DNA of 64,000 nucleotides from Clytia hemisphaerica (Eukaryota): NCBI RefSeq assembly GCF_902728285.1, contig NW_027103826.1, positions 244,759 to 308,758 of the forward strand, read 5' to 3'. Shown piece by piece: positions 11,522 to 22,021 of this stretch (position 1 is its first letter; each line of letters starts with the position of its first letter). The notes under the pieces were generated by a model. It saw only the letters and a program-made list of their open reading frames with translations, ran no database searches and was not told where the DNA came from. The position numbers and the translations under genes were made by a program.

Positions 11522-12769
11522 ATTGATGATAGAGGTTGTTGCGTGTACCAAAAAATTGTCTTTATTGTCTTCGAGATGGTCGCAATGCAAAGTCCAACAA
11601 GCAACAAATAAACTTTTTCACAAAATTTTATCTTTGTAAATGTAGCAAGTTTATACCACTTCTTTGATCGATAGTGAACCACAAAAACTTATTCTTCTGC
11701 AACTCGTGCCAGTCGTGCTTGATGGTGTTTCCTCAACTGAAACTTGATAACAAGCTTTTGAATACTGACTCCTATTTATACTACACGGCTGCATTCGTTT
11801 TCTAAACGTTTTTTTTGCACACAAACTCATAAAAAAATGTATTTTTTTGTCCAATTAAGCAACATTTTTGTGCAAAAAAAGGGTTTTGTGGTTTGTGTAA
11901 TGTTTGTTTTGTAATTGCAAAACGTTTTGAATTCGTTTTTATAGACATCTAAGAAGGAGATAGACATTTAACAAAAAAGGGACGCAATTTGTGCTCCTTC
12001 GCAGAGAGAAAACGAATGAAAAACGTTTCTATGTTTGCGAAATGGAGGCCCGGAAAACCCGAGTTACAAAAACTCGAGTTACAAAAACCCGAGTTACAAA
12101 AACCCGAGTTACGACGAATGTGACGTCATAAGTCTCAAATTATGACGTCATAAGGGAACTTCTTAACTCGAAAAAGTTTTTTACTGTTGTTTTGTAACTC
12201 GAAATATTTTTTTAAAATTTTGTTTTAGAGTTACGTAACTCGAAAAATGAAATTTAAAATTTATTTTCGAGTTACGTAACTCTAAAACAAAATTTTAAAA
12301 AAATATTTCGAGTTATGTTGAAGCGCAACCAAGTTGGCCAAAAATTCTAAAAAGCGCTTTTTTTCTTTTAGTTTACGAATGGGGTTTTTGATCTATAAAA
12401 CTAAAAGAAGAGAAGGAAGGGAATAAAAATGAAAGGGGACAGTAAACAATCTTCTATTTTGTTGATATGAATTTCTGAAGGTTTTGTTGGGTGAAGTAGA
12501 CTAAAATCTAAAAGATTCGATTACTCGAAATACATTTTGTATTCCACAATCTATCTTTGTTAAATTCAAATTCATTGTCATTTCGCTAAAAACTAAAAAC
12601 TTCGGTAGAACTTGTAGTTTATTTAGGTTTTTCACACATTTTTTAAGAACAAACCATACGAGAACAGAAGGTTTCGAGGGCTAAAATAGTAACCATAAGT
12701 TAAAAAACATTTCTTGACATTTTAAGGCCTTATGGACTCAAAAATTGCAGAAAATACTCACTTAGGCGA

Positions 12770-13135
12770 GACCAATTTAATTTGTTGTTCTACGGGCAGA
12801 TCGTTAGCAAAATATGAGTCGGTCGGCCGGTAAAATAAAAAATTTTCATTAATCAAGGAAGGTAATTAGGCTTTAAGTAATATTTTCAAATAATCTTGGT
12901 CGAAAATTCATCATTTATCTTTGATGGAGTTTGTAATAAAATCTTTTGTGCATAGAGTTCATGATTCTAGATTATTTTCAACTTTTTTTAAGGGCTTTAA
13001 GTGTAATTTTTTTAATTTAAATGATTATAATTAGAAATTTGTGGCACAGGAAATTCAATATTATTATTTTCTTGTTTGCAGAAAATGCTGGGTCGGTCGC
13101 GCCCGTAGAACAACAAATTAATGTGGTCTCGCCTT
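12770..13135. mobile_element. Nested MITE with roughly 33-bp TIRs (GGCGAGACCAATTTAATTTGTTGTTCTACGGGC)
   Basis: A terminal inverted repeat at 12771-12805 is matched at 13100-13135. Confidence 0.55.
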
Positions 13136-13143
13136 AATGCTAA

Positions 13144-13525
13144 TACCCGGGGGGGGGGGGGCACTCAAGGTAAATGACCTACCAGACGTTCGGCCCTTAA
13201 GGGTAGGTTTTTCGTAGTTCAGCTAGTGCACTGTAAGGGTAGGAAATTACAAGACTGCACTGAACTGCACTGTAAGGGTAGGAAATTTTGGTAAAAGGGC
13301 AATTTTTTGGTAAAATTATCACAAAATTGGTCAATTTTGGAGGAAAAATTCCACATTTTCTTGGAAAATTGCAAAAATTTTCGCCCTTACGGGCGAGAAA
13401 TTTCGAAAAAGTGCACTGTAAGGGTATGATTTTTCATGGAAATTCACTGCACTGTAAGGGTCCGATTTTAGAAGCCAAATTTTGGGCCGAACGTATGGTC
13501 GATTTCAGATCGAGTGCCCCCCCCG
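13144..13525. mobile_element. MITE with a poly-G/C-containing TIR (CCCGGGGGGGGGGGGCACTC ... GAGTGCCCCCCCCGGG), with internal GCACTGTAAGGGTAGGAAAT sub-repeats
   Basis: Inverted termini at 13144-13166 and 13503-13525. A related half-site is at 47895-47945. Confidence 0.55.
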
Positions 13526-14429
13526 GGTGCTAATAGTGAAAAAGGAACGTTTTAAGAAGATTTTAAGGCTCAACTAAAAAACAAAAGATCTGAAGGCTTC
13601 GAATTTTTAGATGTTCTTATAAAAAACACAACACATATTTCTTTGAAAAGATTCTCGATTGCACAATGTACAAAAATGATATAATGTAATCGTTAAGATT
13701 TTTCTGATTGTTCAAAATCTTGTTTATGACGTCTGCTCTTTCTCTTATTGTTTTGTAAATTAGATCTTTTGACGCCGTTTCTATAATTTCCAGTTTCTAT
13801 TCTAATCGGATCTATTAAATCTTCTCGAAAGAAATGGGGTATATTTATTAATAATATGAATTCTAAAATCTTTGGCCAACTTGGTTTCACCTGAAGATAA
13901 CTCGAAAGTCCAAATAATGTACTACAATTTCAAGTTACGTAACTCGAAAAATGAAATTCAAAATTTATTTTCGAGCTACGTAACTCTAAAACAAAGTTTT
14001 AAAAAAATATTTCGAGTTACAAAACAACAGTAAAAAACTTTTTCGAGTTAAAAAGCCCACTTATGACGTCATAATTTGAGACTTGTGACGTCACATTCGT
14101 CGTAACTCGGGTTTTTGTAACTCGGGTTTTTGTAACTCGAGTTTTTGTAACTCGGGTTTTCCGGGCCTCTTGCGAAATGACTTGAATTTTTCACGTGAAA
14201 TATTTTGGATTTTGTACGTTATACTAAAATAGAAATCATATTGCAAACATTTGACTAAGCCATAGTGATAGTTTTTGCACACGCTATTTATACTATGAGT
14301 TGCTAGTGACACAGTTTTGTTAACGTAGCAAAAACGGCAATGGCTTCAAAAATTCCAATGAGCTTATTTCATAGGATTCGTGCATCTGTTACATGCTATT
14401 TTCTATTTAACTTAAAGGGGCAAAATCAA

Positions 14430-14730
14430 TGAAGTATAAGCCCGAAGGGCTAGCGGGCTAGAAGAGAATCTTTTAACAAGGCAAGAAAAAGTGAAGCCTG
14501 AAAATATGCGTCGTATTCTTGACGACGGATTGAATCCAGCGATTCCTTTGTTTTTGAGTGATATTTTTTTTCGAAATTTAGCGATACATTTTAGTTTCAA
14601 TCTGGCATTTTTTCAAAAACCAGGCGGGCCACGCTAGGTCACGCAGCTTTGGTAGGATCTTTTGGCTTCAAACCCTACCAAGGAGATTCGCTTCTAGCCC
14701 TTCGGGATTATACTTCTTGGGAAAAATGCA
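14430..14730. mobile_element. MITE of the AAGCCCGAAGGGCTAG TIR family
   Basis: TIRs aagtataagcccgaagggctag and ctagcccttcgggattatactt. Paralogous copies are at 35990-36300 and 58270-58560, with fragments at 1610-1680 and 58560-58700. Confidence 0.55.
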
Positions 14731-15539
14731 CAAATCTGTGAGTGCAGATTTCCCTTCGAAAAGACGTTTAAAAAATTGATTTCCTGTCATCATTCGATTG
14801 ACTTGGGAATTCCCCCGGTGTTTTTGCTTTTGTAAAACTTATCTTATCTAAATTCGTTAAAGCATGGAGGTATAAAGAAAAACAGGAGTTGAATGTGTCG
14901 GTAATTGGTCGTTAAATTCTTTTGATTTCTTTTATAAACTGTATCAAAAGAAATTCTAAGTTTGCCCCATGAAATAATACTTTTTAGTAGAACTCAAGTT
15001 TGCGTTTACGTTTTCTTTTTTACAAGAACATCCAAATTTTTTGAAGCCTTCTGATGTTTTTAAATTTTTAAGTCTTAAGCCTAAAAATGTTCTAAATATG
15101 ATCTTATTTTCAATATAGGTGTTTTAGGGTCCGAAATGCCTTAAAATGTTCTTAACTTGTTCTTAATAATTTGGCCATCGAAGCCTTATGTTCTTTTATA
15201 GTTTGTTCTTATATAAAAACCCTGAGAAAGGGACCCTGGCCAGCAGCACATTTTGTACCTGAAGAATCGGTTTTATGGACAAAGTAGTCTTTGCACGGGC
15301 GGAATTTCACTTTAAAAGGGCAGACTGTTGGTGTTTTAGCACCCTTACCCTATTTACATATCACGAACAAAAAATCGAACCTTAAAATTGGGAAAAATGG
15401 ATTTATTGCGTGTTTAATTCAAATATTTTTGCGAGTTTTAGCACTCCTAAAAAGAAAACGCGGGATGATGTCGTTAAATCCATTAAATCAGGAAAAAATG
15501 ACCTTTACAATGAATGCATACTGTGCCTGCCTATAGGAG

Positions 15540-16100
15540 TAATAGTGAATTTCACTTTTGATGAAAGTCGAGTGACGGAAGCGATTTGGAATAACTCACA
15601 ATTCTGACCCGCAAAATCAAGGAATGTAAAAGTGGTTATTTCCACCGTCTTCAGTCAGTCAGGATGTAGACAAATTAAAACCTAACCGTTCCCGTCACAG
15701 AAAAAAAACAAACACTTTGCACATAAAACTCGCTAATCAGGATCTACTGTATTTGAAGATAATAGCGAGTTTATGTATTTGCACTTTTGAGAAAAGTGAA
15801 GTGACTGATTTGGAATAACCCGCAGTTTTGACCCGCAAAATCGAGGACGGTAAAAGTGTCGTCTTCAGTCAGTCGGAATTTAGAAAAGTTAGAACATTAC
15901 CGTCTCCGACACAGAGAAAAACAAACACTTATAAATAAACTCGCTAATCAGGATCTATTTGAAGATACATGTTTGAAGTGAATACAGCCGCTCTCATGTT
16001 GTCTTTTGACCAGCCACCAGAACCGTTGGAAAACCAACGGATCCGGCGAGACTCGAACTCACAACCATGCCATTCGCGGGCATTTGCTCTACCATTGAGC
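15540..16100 (-). mobile_element. tRNA-derived SINE. The tRNA-like head is at about 16027-16100. The body holds two tandem, roughly 230-bp sub-repeats at 15541-15960.
   Basis: The head, GGACCCGCAGCTCAATGGTAGAGCA...GGTTGTGAGTTCGAGTCTCGCC, has A and B boxes but an imperfect acceptor stem and a G at the conserved U33 position of the anticodon loop. A related body fragment occurs at 55540-55720. Confidence 0.5.
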
Positions 16101-16240
16101 TGCGGGTCCATGTGGAACTCGAGGAATCAATTACAACTGGGTAGGAGCTGGAAGTGAATTCTTGTCTACTGACTGGAGAGAGACAGTAAATTGGGAGAAA
16201 TCTATCCCCACAATAAGGGCAGAATTCATGATTAATATAC

Positions 16241-16369
16241 CTGTTTGTGTTTATTGGATTCTGCCATGGCAAGAACAGATGAAATTTGTTTGACGTGACT
16301 TTCCTCTTCGCTAGATTCTTTCTTATCTTTCAATTTCTTTTTCTTACTTTTCTTGTTGTCTTCTTTTGC
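16241..16369 (-). CDS. Unidentified minus-strand gene, Lys/Glu-rich exon (AKEDNKKSKKKKLKDKKESSEEESHVKQISSVLAMAESNKHKQ). The gene may continue downstream beyond the SINE.
   Basis: Acceptor atttttttag| and donor cag|gtatat. 43 codons, phase 0 to phase 0. Confidence 0.4.
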
Positions 16370-16387
16370 CTAAAAAAATAAAACAAT

Positions 16388-16632
16388 TCACTTTTTTTAA
16401 AAGAATATCCCAAATTTTTGAAGCTTTGGATGTTTTTAGCTTGATTTTCACGCCTAAAAATGTTCTTAAAATGTTCTTAATTTCACTATTTTATGAGTAT
16501 CCTTCAATTGGGTAATTTTTTAAGAAATTGGGTGTTATTTTTTTGAACTCATAAATCCTTAAAATGTTCTTAACTTGCTCTTATTATTTTGATCGAATTA
16601 TGTTTTTATATATTTTGTTCTTATACGCAACA
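16388..16632. mobile_element. TATAAGAACA-family MITE, about 250 bp. The TIR is TTTTATAAGAACATCCAAA ... TTTGTTCTTATA, with internal TGTTCTTAA repeats. The copy number in the window is high.
   Basis: Approximate additional copies or fragments, on either strand, are at 4440-4610, 15018-15226, 30836-31095, 35190-35230, 37250-37300, 48356-48590, 49900-49985, 50770-50930, 51600-51850, 54931-55205, 59270-59520 and 61690-61790. Confidence 0.6.
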
Positions 16633-16879
16633 CATTTTCTTTTTTAGGAGTGAATTGATTATTAAAAAGTCCACGGGATTTTATCGTTTAAGATTCAACA
16701 CATAATTTTAGTTGTTAAAATAAAAACCAAAAGTATCAATCCGGGGTATCAAAAAATTGAAAATTGTGAAAGTCTTAGGGCGGGTTCACGTTCAAAAGGT
16801 CCATCTCTTTATATGTAACAAAACATTTTTTTCTTGAATTATTTTCTACTTAAAAATATAATGCCCATAGAAGTTATAC

Positions 16880-17046
16880 CTCTTTATTGGCTACATCTTT
16901 TTCTTTAGTAGCTTCAATCAATGTTTTTAAGGGGATTGTGCCTGAAGATCCTCCCATTATGGCCCGACTCAGTCTTCTAGTATTGCGTCGAGTCATTAAA
17001 CGACTTTTCTCCTCCATCTGTTTGAGGTCAAAGTCAATCGCTTTGG
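16880..17046 (-). CDS. Unidentified minus-strand gene, internal exon ((T)KAIDFDLKQMEEKSRLMTRRNTRRLSRAIMGGSSGTIPLKTLIEATKEKDVANKE).
   Basis: Acceptor ttttttctag| and donor gag|gtataa. 2 + 55 codons, ending in phase 0. Confidence 0.45.
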
Positions 17047-17612
17047 CTAGAAAAAAACTAAAACGTTTAGAGTTCATCGCAAGATGATAATGGGCTTATA
17101 ATACCCATAGAGGAGGTCCATCCCTTTGTGGCTGGAACTGCTGTAACCCCCTGGAATTCCAGGCAATTTCAGGTTTAAACCCCTCTGGAATTCTGAATTT
17201 TAGTAGGATTTAAAAAGCTACCCCATGGAACTCCAGTTATTTTTGACAGATTCTTGTATCTCCCTATGGAATTCCGCCACATATCAAACCTTGGAACGGA
17301 AATGGACTTCCTTAAGCAACGGCAGTTGAAGTAAAATAATCCGCCATCTTTGTTGAAAGTAGACCACAGTTAGGTACCGGTAGTTTGTTTAATCAAAGAA
17401 ACAACGAGAAGAGAGAAGGCGAGAAAAATAGTATTGATTGGTAAAATTGCCGGCACCGAACTGTGGTCTACTAATTAAAGAATTTACGCCTGATTTTTCA
17501 TTCTAGAAGCAAAATGGATATACTACGATATACTTAGACTATGCTAATATATTATACGGACAATAGCATCATCTACGATATACTACGACATTATATAAAA
17601 TGGGAAACTTAC

Positions 17613-17714
17613 TCTTAGCAGCATCTTCTTGAATTCTTTCTCCTTTGCGCATGCCTAGTGGTTCTAAGGCTTCGAAATTCCAATCTTCCCACGTGCGTGG
17701 AGGAGGTTTGGTAC
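17613..17714 (-). CDS. Unidentified minus-strand gene, internal exon ((G)TKPPPRTWEDWNFEALEPLGMRKGERIQEDAAK + a).
   Basis: Acceptor ctttcattag| and donor |gtaagt. The phase chain is consistent: 2 + 33 codons + 1. Confidence 0.45.
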
Positions 17715-18016
17715 CTAATGAAAGAAGGTGAAATATAAATAATTATCAAATTGAACAAGTGTTCAGAATCAGACTATTTAGCAATTTTTTAAACGCTTTC
17801 TAACATTTTTTTACCGCTCTCGAATTGCTTCTATTGGTATTGATCACTATCGCATTAGCCCTTTTTACGCTGGTCCTTATTGGCGTAATTTTTCGTCGCT
17901 GGCATAATAAAGACATAAGGGATCGGAATTAAATTATGGCCGGCTTAAAAATGGAGAGAAAAAATAATGTAATGCGGGGTCTGCACTTCTTGAAACCAAA
18001 AAAATCAACGCTTTAC

Positions 18017-18143
18017 CTATAATCCAAAGAGCACATATGGAAATGATTTCATCTCGAAATTCACCATTGAATTGACGATATGATGCAGGAAAAGCGTGAC
18101 AAAATGTGGCATATACTGCTTGAGATAACAAATCGCCGTAATT
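18017..18143 (-). CDS. Unidentified minus-strand gene, internal exon (NYGDLLSQAVYATFCHAFPASYRQFNGEFRDEIISICALWII + g).
   Basis: Acceptor ttctag| and donor |gtaaag. The exon ends in phase 1, which matches the next exon. Confidence 0.45.
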
Positions 18144-19032
18144 CTAGAATAAATAGAAAAGTAAATTTGAGTCTTTATGTTTACATGACATTCATCCTAA
18201 GGGCTGAATCTTCCCTTGGTAACCAGACGTTTCCCCGAACGGACATTTCCCGACTATGAATTGACATTTTCCCGAGTGGACATTTCCCCAACAAAAACCT
18301 TCTCGACAGACAATTGCCCGACAGACACTTCCCTGACAGACGTGTCTATGACTGCGAATTGACATTTCCCCGAATGGATATTTCCTCGACAGACAGTTAC
18401 CCGATGGAAATCCCCCCATCCGAACGTTTCCCCGACAGACATTTAACCGACGGATGTTTTCCGTGAAGTCACTTGGTGCGAATAACGATACGAGATATGA
18501 CTTCGCTGTGATTTGTTTGTTCGGGAACCCAATCCGATCAAAGGGAAGGGGTACAACTCGGACATGAGAAAGAAGATAGAAGAAGTGTTAAGTCGAGTTA
18601 TTCAGATTCCTAAAAAATAGAGAAGCAAAAAGTCGCAAAGGGTCTCGAAAAAGCCAGAAGAATTCGAGATATTAGAAAGATACAAGCTTTGTATTTCGAA
18701 AATCATTAAAAATGCATTGATTTTAACTGCCATTCAAGCTATAATATGAGCCTCTAAGTTTCGAAAGGATAAGAACAGCTGATATCGAGCCAAAATTTGT
18801 ATAAATGCTTATAAAAGCATATGTACGGTGGAGCCATCTTTAACTCGAACCTCTATAACTCGCATGTCTCCTTAACTCGTAAACATTTTATGGTCCCTTC
18901 ACTTAACTATGTCTTATCAACCTTACTCCAAAAATCATTCTTTAACTCGAACCAATTTGCGTTCCCCGCGGGTGTTCGAGTTATGGAGAATCCACTGTAT
19001 TCGGAAAAATCACATTTTTTTTATCGACTCAC

Positions 19033-19137
19033 CTTGAAATATTTATCATGATTTTGTTCTTGACTTTTAGAAAACAAAAGTTTGGTGTAGTTCTTGGCAA
19101 TACGGTCAAAGAGCTTTTCTTGGCAAACTTCAGAGTG
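19033..19137 (-). CDS. Unidentified minus-strand gene, internal exon (HSEVCQEKLFDRIAKNYTKLLFSKSQEQNHDKYFK). Phase 0 at both ends.
   Basis: Acceptor atttaatttacag| and donor |gtgagt. This is the only frame that is open and phase-compatible with the downstream exon. Confidence 0.4.
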
Positions 19138-21868
19138 CTGTAAATTAAATATTAGTAAAGAATTTTCTAAATACACTTCCCAAAGAAAATAAAACATTTA
19201 GGTTCCTAGACCTTATGAAGTGACAGGTGTGCCCGAGGCATCATCGAAAATAGATTCTTAACCTTATTATTATTATCAGGCTTTTTTGGGGATTACTAAA
19301 GTTGAGCCGTAGATATATTGGGGACTTTTTCAATATACCGTGAGAACTTTACAATATATTGATAATAATCATCAATATATTGCCTGGCAATATATTGTAT
19401 AGTGTATGTAATCCTCAGTAACGCCCAACCGCACCAAATAGGTTGCTACCAGTGTCTCTTGCTATTTTCTTCATTTGAACATTTGCTTAAGTTTGGTTCA
19501 GAAAATACGCACGAAAAGAAAGGACTTGGATTCCTTCACTATCTGAGGACCAAGTAAAGGATATAAAAATCAGAAACTCTTAAGGCTTGGGGACACGAGA
19601 AGTTTTTTTTCGCGTTGGTGCAATACAATATGCTCTATAGCGAGTCCCATGGTTTCTTTTTTTGTTTCATGAGACAAAAAGTGAGGGAAAGACACGTTGA
19701 TTTTGTCCCTGGGACAAAAGTGAGATTTCACTTTTATTGGTAGGAAGAAAAATGGGTTGGAGACACGAGAAAGCGTTTCAGGTTGGTGGGATGGAGCATG
19801 TTGCATTGCACTAACGCCAACGCGAAAAAACTTCTCGTGTCCCCAAGCCTTTCATGAAATTATTCGGAGGAGCAATGTGTAATTAGGGTCTAACAATAAA
19901 AGAAATCTGATAATTTTATACCTGGTATTTATGACAAAAGAACCACCAAAATGTATCCTATGCAGAGAGAAAGAAAGAGTTGTTCCAACGTCCATCTAAC
20001 GTTATATGGACACCGTGGACATTAGATGCACGTTGAAAGAATGTTGTGTGCTAGCTGGTAAGAAAACAATTTAGATCACAGAAATTTGAGAGATTAAGTC
20101 TTACATCTTTGGTATGACTCACCGAAATGGCAGTCAAAGAGATTTGAGCTACAGCATGTTCGGAAAAAACGGAGAATGACTTAAAGTGAAGGGAGAATAC
20201 GTTTTAAAGTAAGTAAAAATAAGGAAATATAAGTTTATGCTAGTTTTTATGACATAACAATTTGATTAATTTTATTTCCTCGATAAACTACTAAACCAAC
20301 TCAGTAAAAAGTCCTATCTTAATGATAAAAAGAATTTTTTTTTTATTTCTTCGAAACATAAAACGTTATTTATGATTTATGATTTATGATTTAGGATTCT
20401 TATGATTTTATTTGATCTGTTTAAAGGTTCTAATGTACATAAGTATGGTCTGCAAAAAAAAGGTCATGGCCAAACACCCCCCCCTCGACGGGCCAATGTT
20501 TATTCAAAATCTAAAGTGCAAGTATCTATGAACGTTTAACAAACTCTTAAAAGACGTAAAGTAAAATCACCTGAAAGACTGTAACGGACGATGGTTGTGT
20601 GAAGAATTTGTAGAAAGACTTTTTGAACGTTGCCTAAAATAAAAAAAAAGAATAAATACGACAATCCCTGTCCTTCCCATTACTTTGAATGGCTTCTTAA
20701 AAGTGATAACATATTCCTTACTAAAAAGGGATCTAGACTAAAATCCAACAGCTAAAGAACACCCCTGTGTTACAGACCTACTTGGACTATTTCCTCTCTA
20801 AAAAATTTGGCAAAAACTTCATCCCTGGTGAAAAAAATACCCTGAAATTTCAGCCCCACTGGGAAATTGACTTTGATTTCATCCCCACTCGAAATTCAAT
20901 GTTTAAAAATTACACTCCAAAACCACAACCCCACTGATTTTTTAACCTTTGGACAAAAGAATTGCTATCCCCATTGGGATTTCAATAGGAATTTTTACAC
21001 CCGCTGAGGAAAAAAGTCCCACCGGGGCTGTGAGACAGCCATTACATTCAGTTGCTGTAATAATTTCAAAGTTAATATTGTCATAACGACTTTTGCTTTT
21101 AATTCCGGGCCAAGAAACTTAGAATGGAAATCAAACTGAGAAAAATCATCTAATAGTCAACTCCCTTTTTTTAAACCTCTGTTATCCGAATCTTTCTGTA
21201 ATTCGAACTAAAATCTCTGCCCCTCAGCTGGAAAGTGGTTCAAATTACTCCCTTACATATCTTTCTCTAAATCGATAAAAATTGGTGTCTTGAAGATCGA
21301 ATAAGAGAGAGTCAACAGTAACACGGAGTTAATTAATGTACAATTGCCTCTCTCTCTATCTCCATCTTCACACGGCGATCTTTAATCGGATTTATCGGAT
21401 TCAAAAAATGTTTAATTTTGGTCATAAAACAAAATCGATGATGTCTAAAGACATGATTTAAAAAACTAATATCCAGTATGAAAGTTTCAAAGCTCTACTC
21501 CTTTCCAATCGGGAATAATTCAAATTCCAATCTTGAGGGAACTCACGCGGGACGTGGCGGGATACCAAGGGAACTGAAATTAAACATTTCCAAAATTATC
21601 CGATTTTGAACAACTTTCTTAATTGTACATACTACCAAGCTTTATTGACCCATTTAAGAAACTTTACATCAATAATTACAAAAATTGACTTTCGATTTCC
21701 CCGATTTTTAAACATTTCTCTAAAGATGTAGTGTCAAGAGACTAAGAACTTTCTTTAAATTTGAGAAAAGTATAGAGAGCATTTTGAACCACTTTTCAGC
21801 TGAGGGGACAAACGTTTTCGACAAAAGTTCGAATTAAAGAGGTTCGAATTAGAGAGAGTTGATTGTAC

Positions 21869-22021
21869 CTTATTTTTGAGATATTTTTGAGCATCCACAA
21901 CAACTTGGAGCATGAATTCAGCAGTCAATAAAGCAGGTAATGGAGTCAATTCAATGTCGTCATAACCAGGAAAAGAATGCAATTCAACCAACAATGGTTT
22001 TTTACTGACATTTGATGTGTC
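21869..22021 (-). CDS. Candidate exon (DTSNVSKKPLLVELHSFPGYDDIELTPLPALLTAEFMLQVVVDAQKYLKNK). It is either part of the same minus-strand gene or of a neighbouring gene.
   Basis: Acceptor cattattctttttag| and donor aag|gtacaa. The 51-codon frame is open. No family assignment. Confidence 0.3.

Larger units (their letters stand above)
12040..14170. mobile_element. Foldback-like non-autonomous DNA transposon, about 2.1 kb, with roughly 270-bp terminal inverted repeats made of tandem 15-bp units (CCCGAGTTACAAAAA) and carrying nested MITEs.
   Basis: 12040-12310 is the reverse complement of 13910-14170. This includes the shared segments tgacgtcataagtctcaaattatgacgtcataag and ttttcgagttacgtaactctaaaacaaa. 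Confidence 0.6.

Noticed and set aside
11522-11590. N-terminal extension of the O-methyltransferase ORF (MHCDHLEDNKDNFLVHATTSIIN)
   Set aside because: The ORF-track start is a TTG, which is not a eukaryotic initiator. The first ATG, at 11521, gives an N-terminus that aligns with the family (PIDPY...REPEILKELRE).
16027-16100. tRNA-like cloverleaf on the minus strand, possibly Arg-like
   Set aside because: It has a mismatched acceptor stem and a G at the invariant U33 of the anticodon loop. It is also contiguous with a repeated SINE body. I call it a SINE head and not a functional tRNA.
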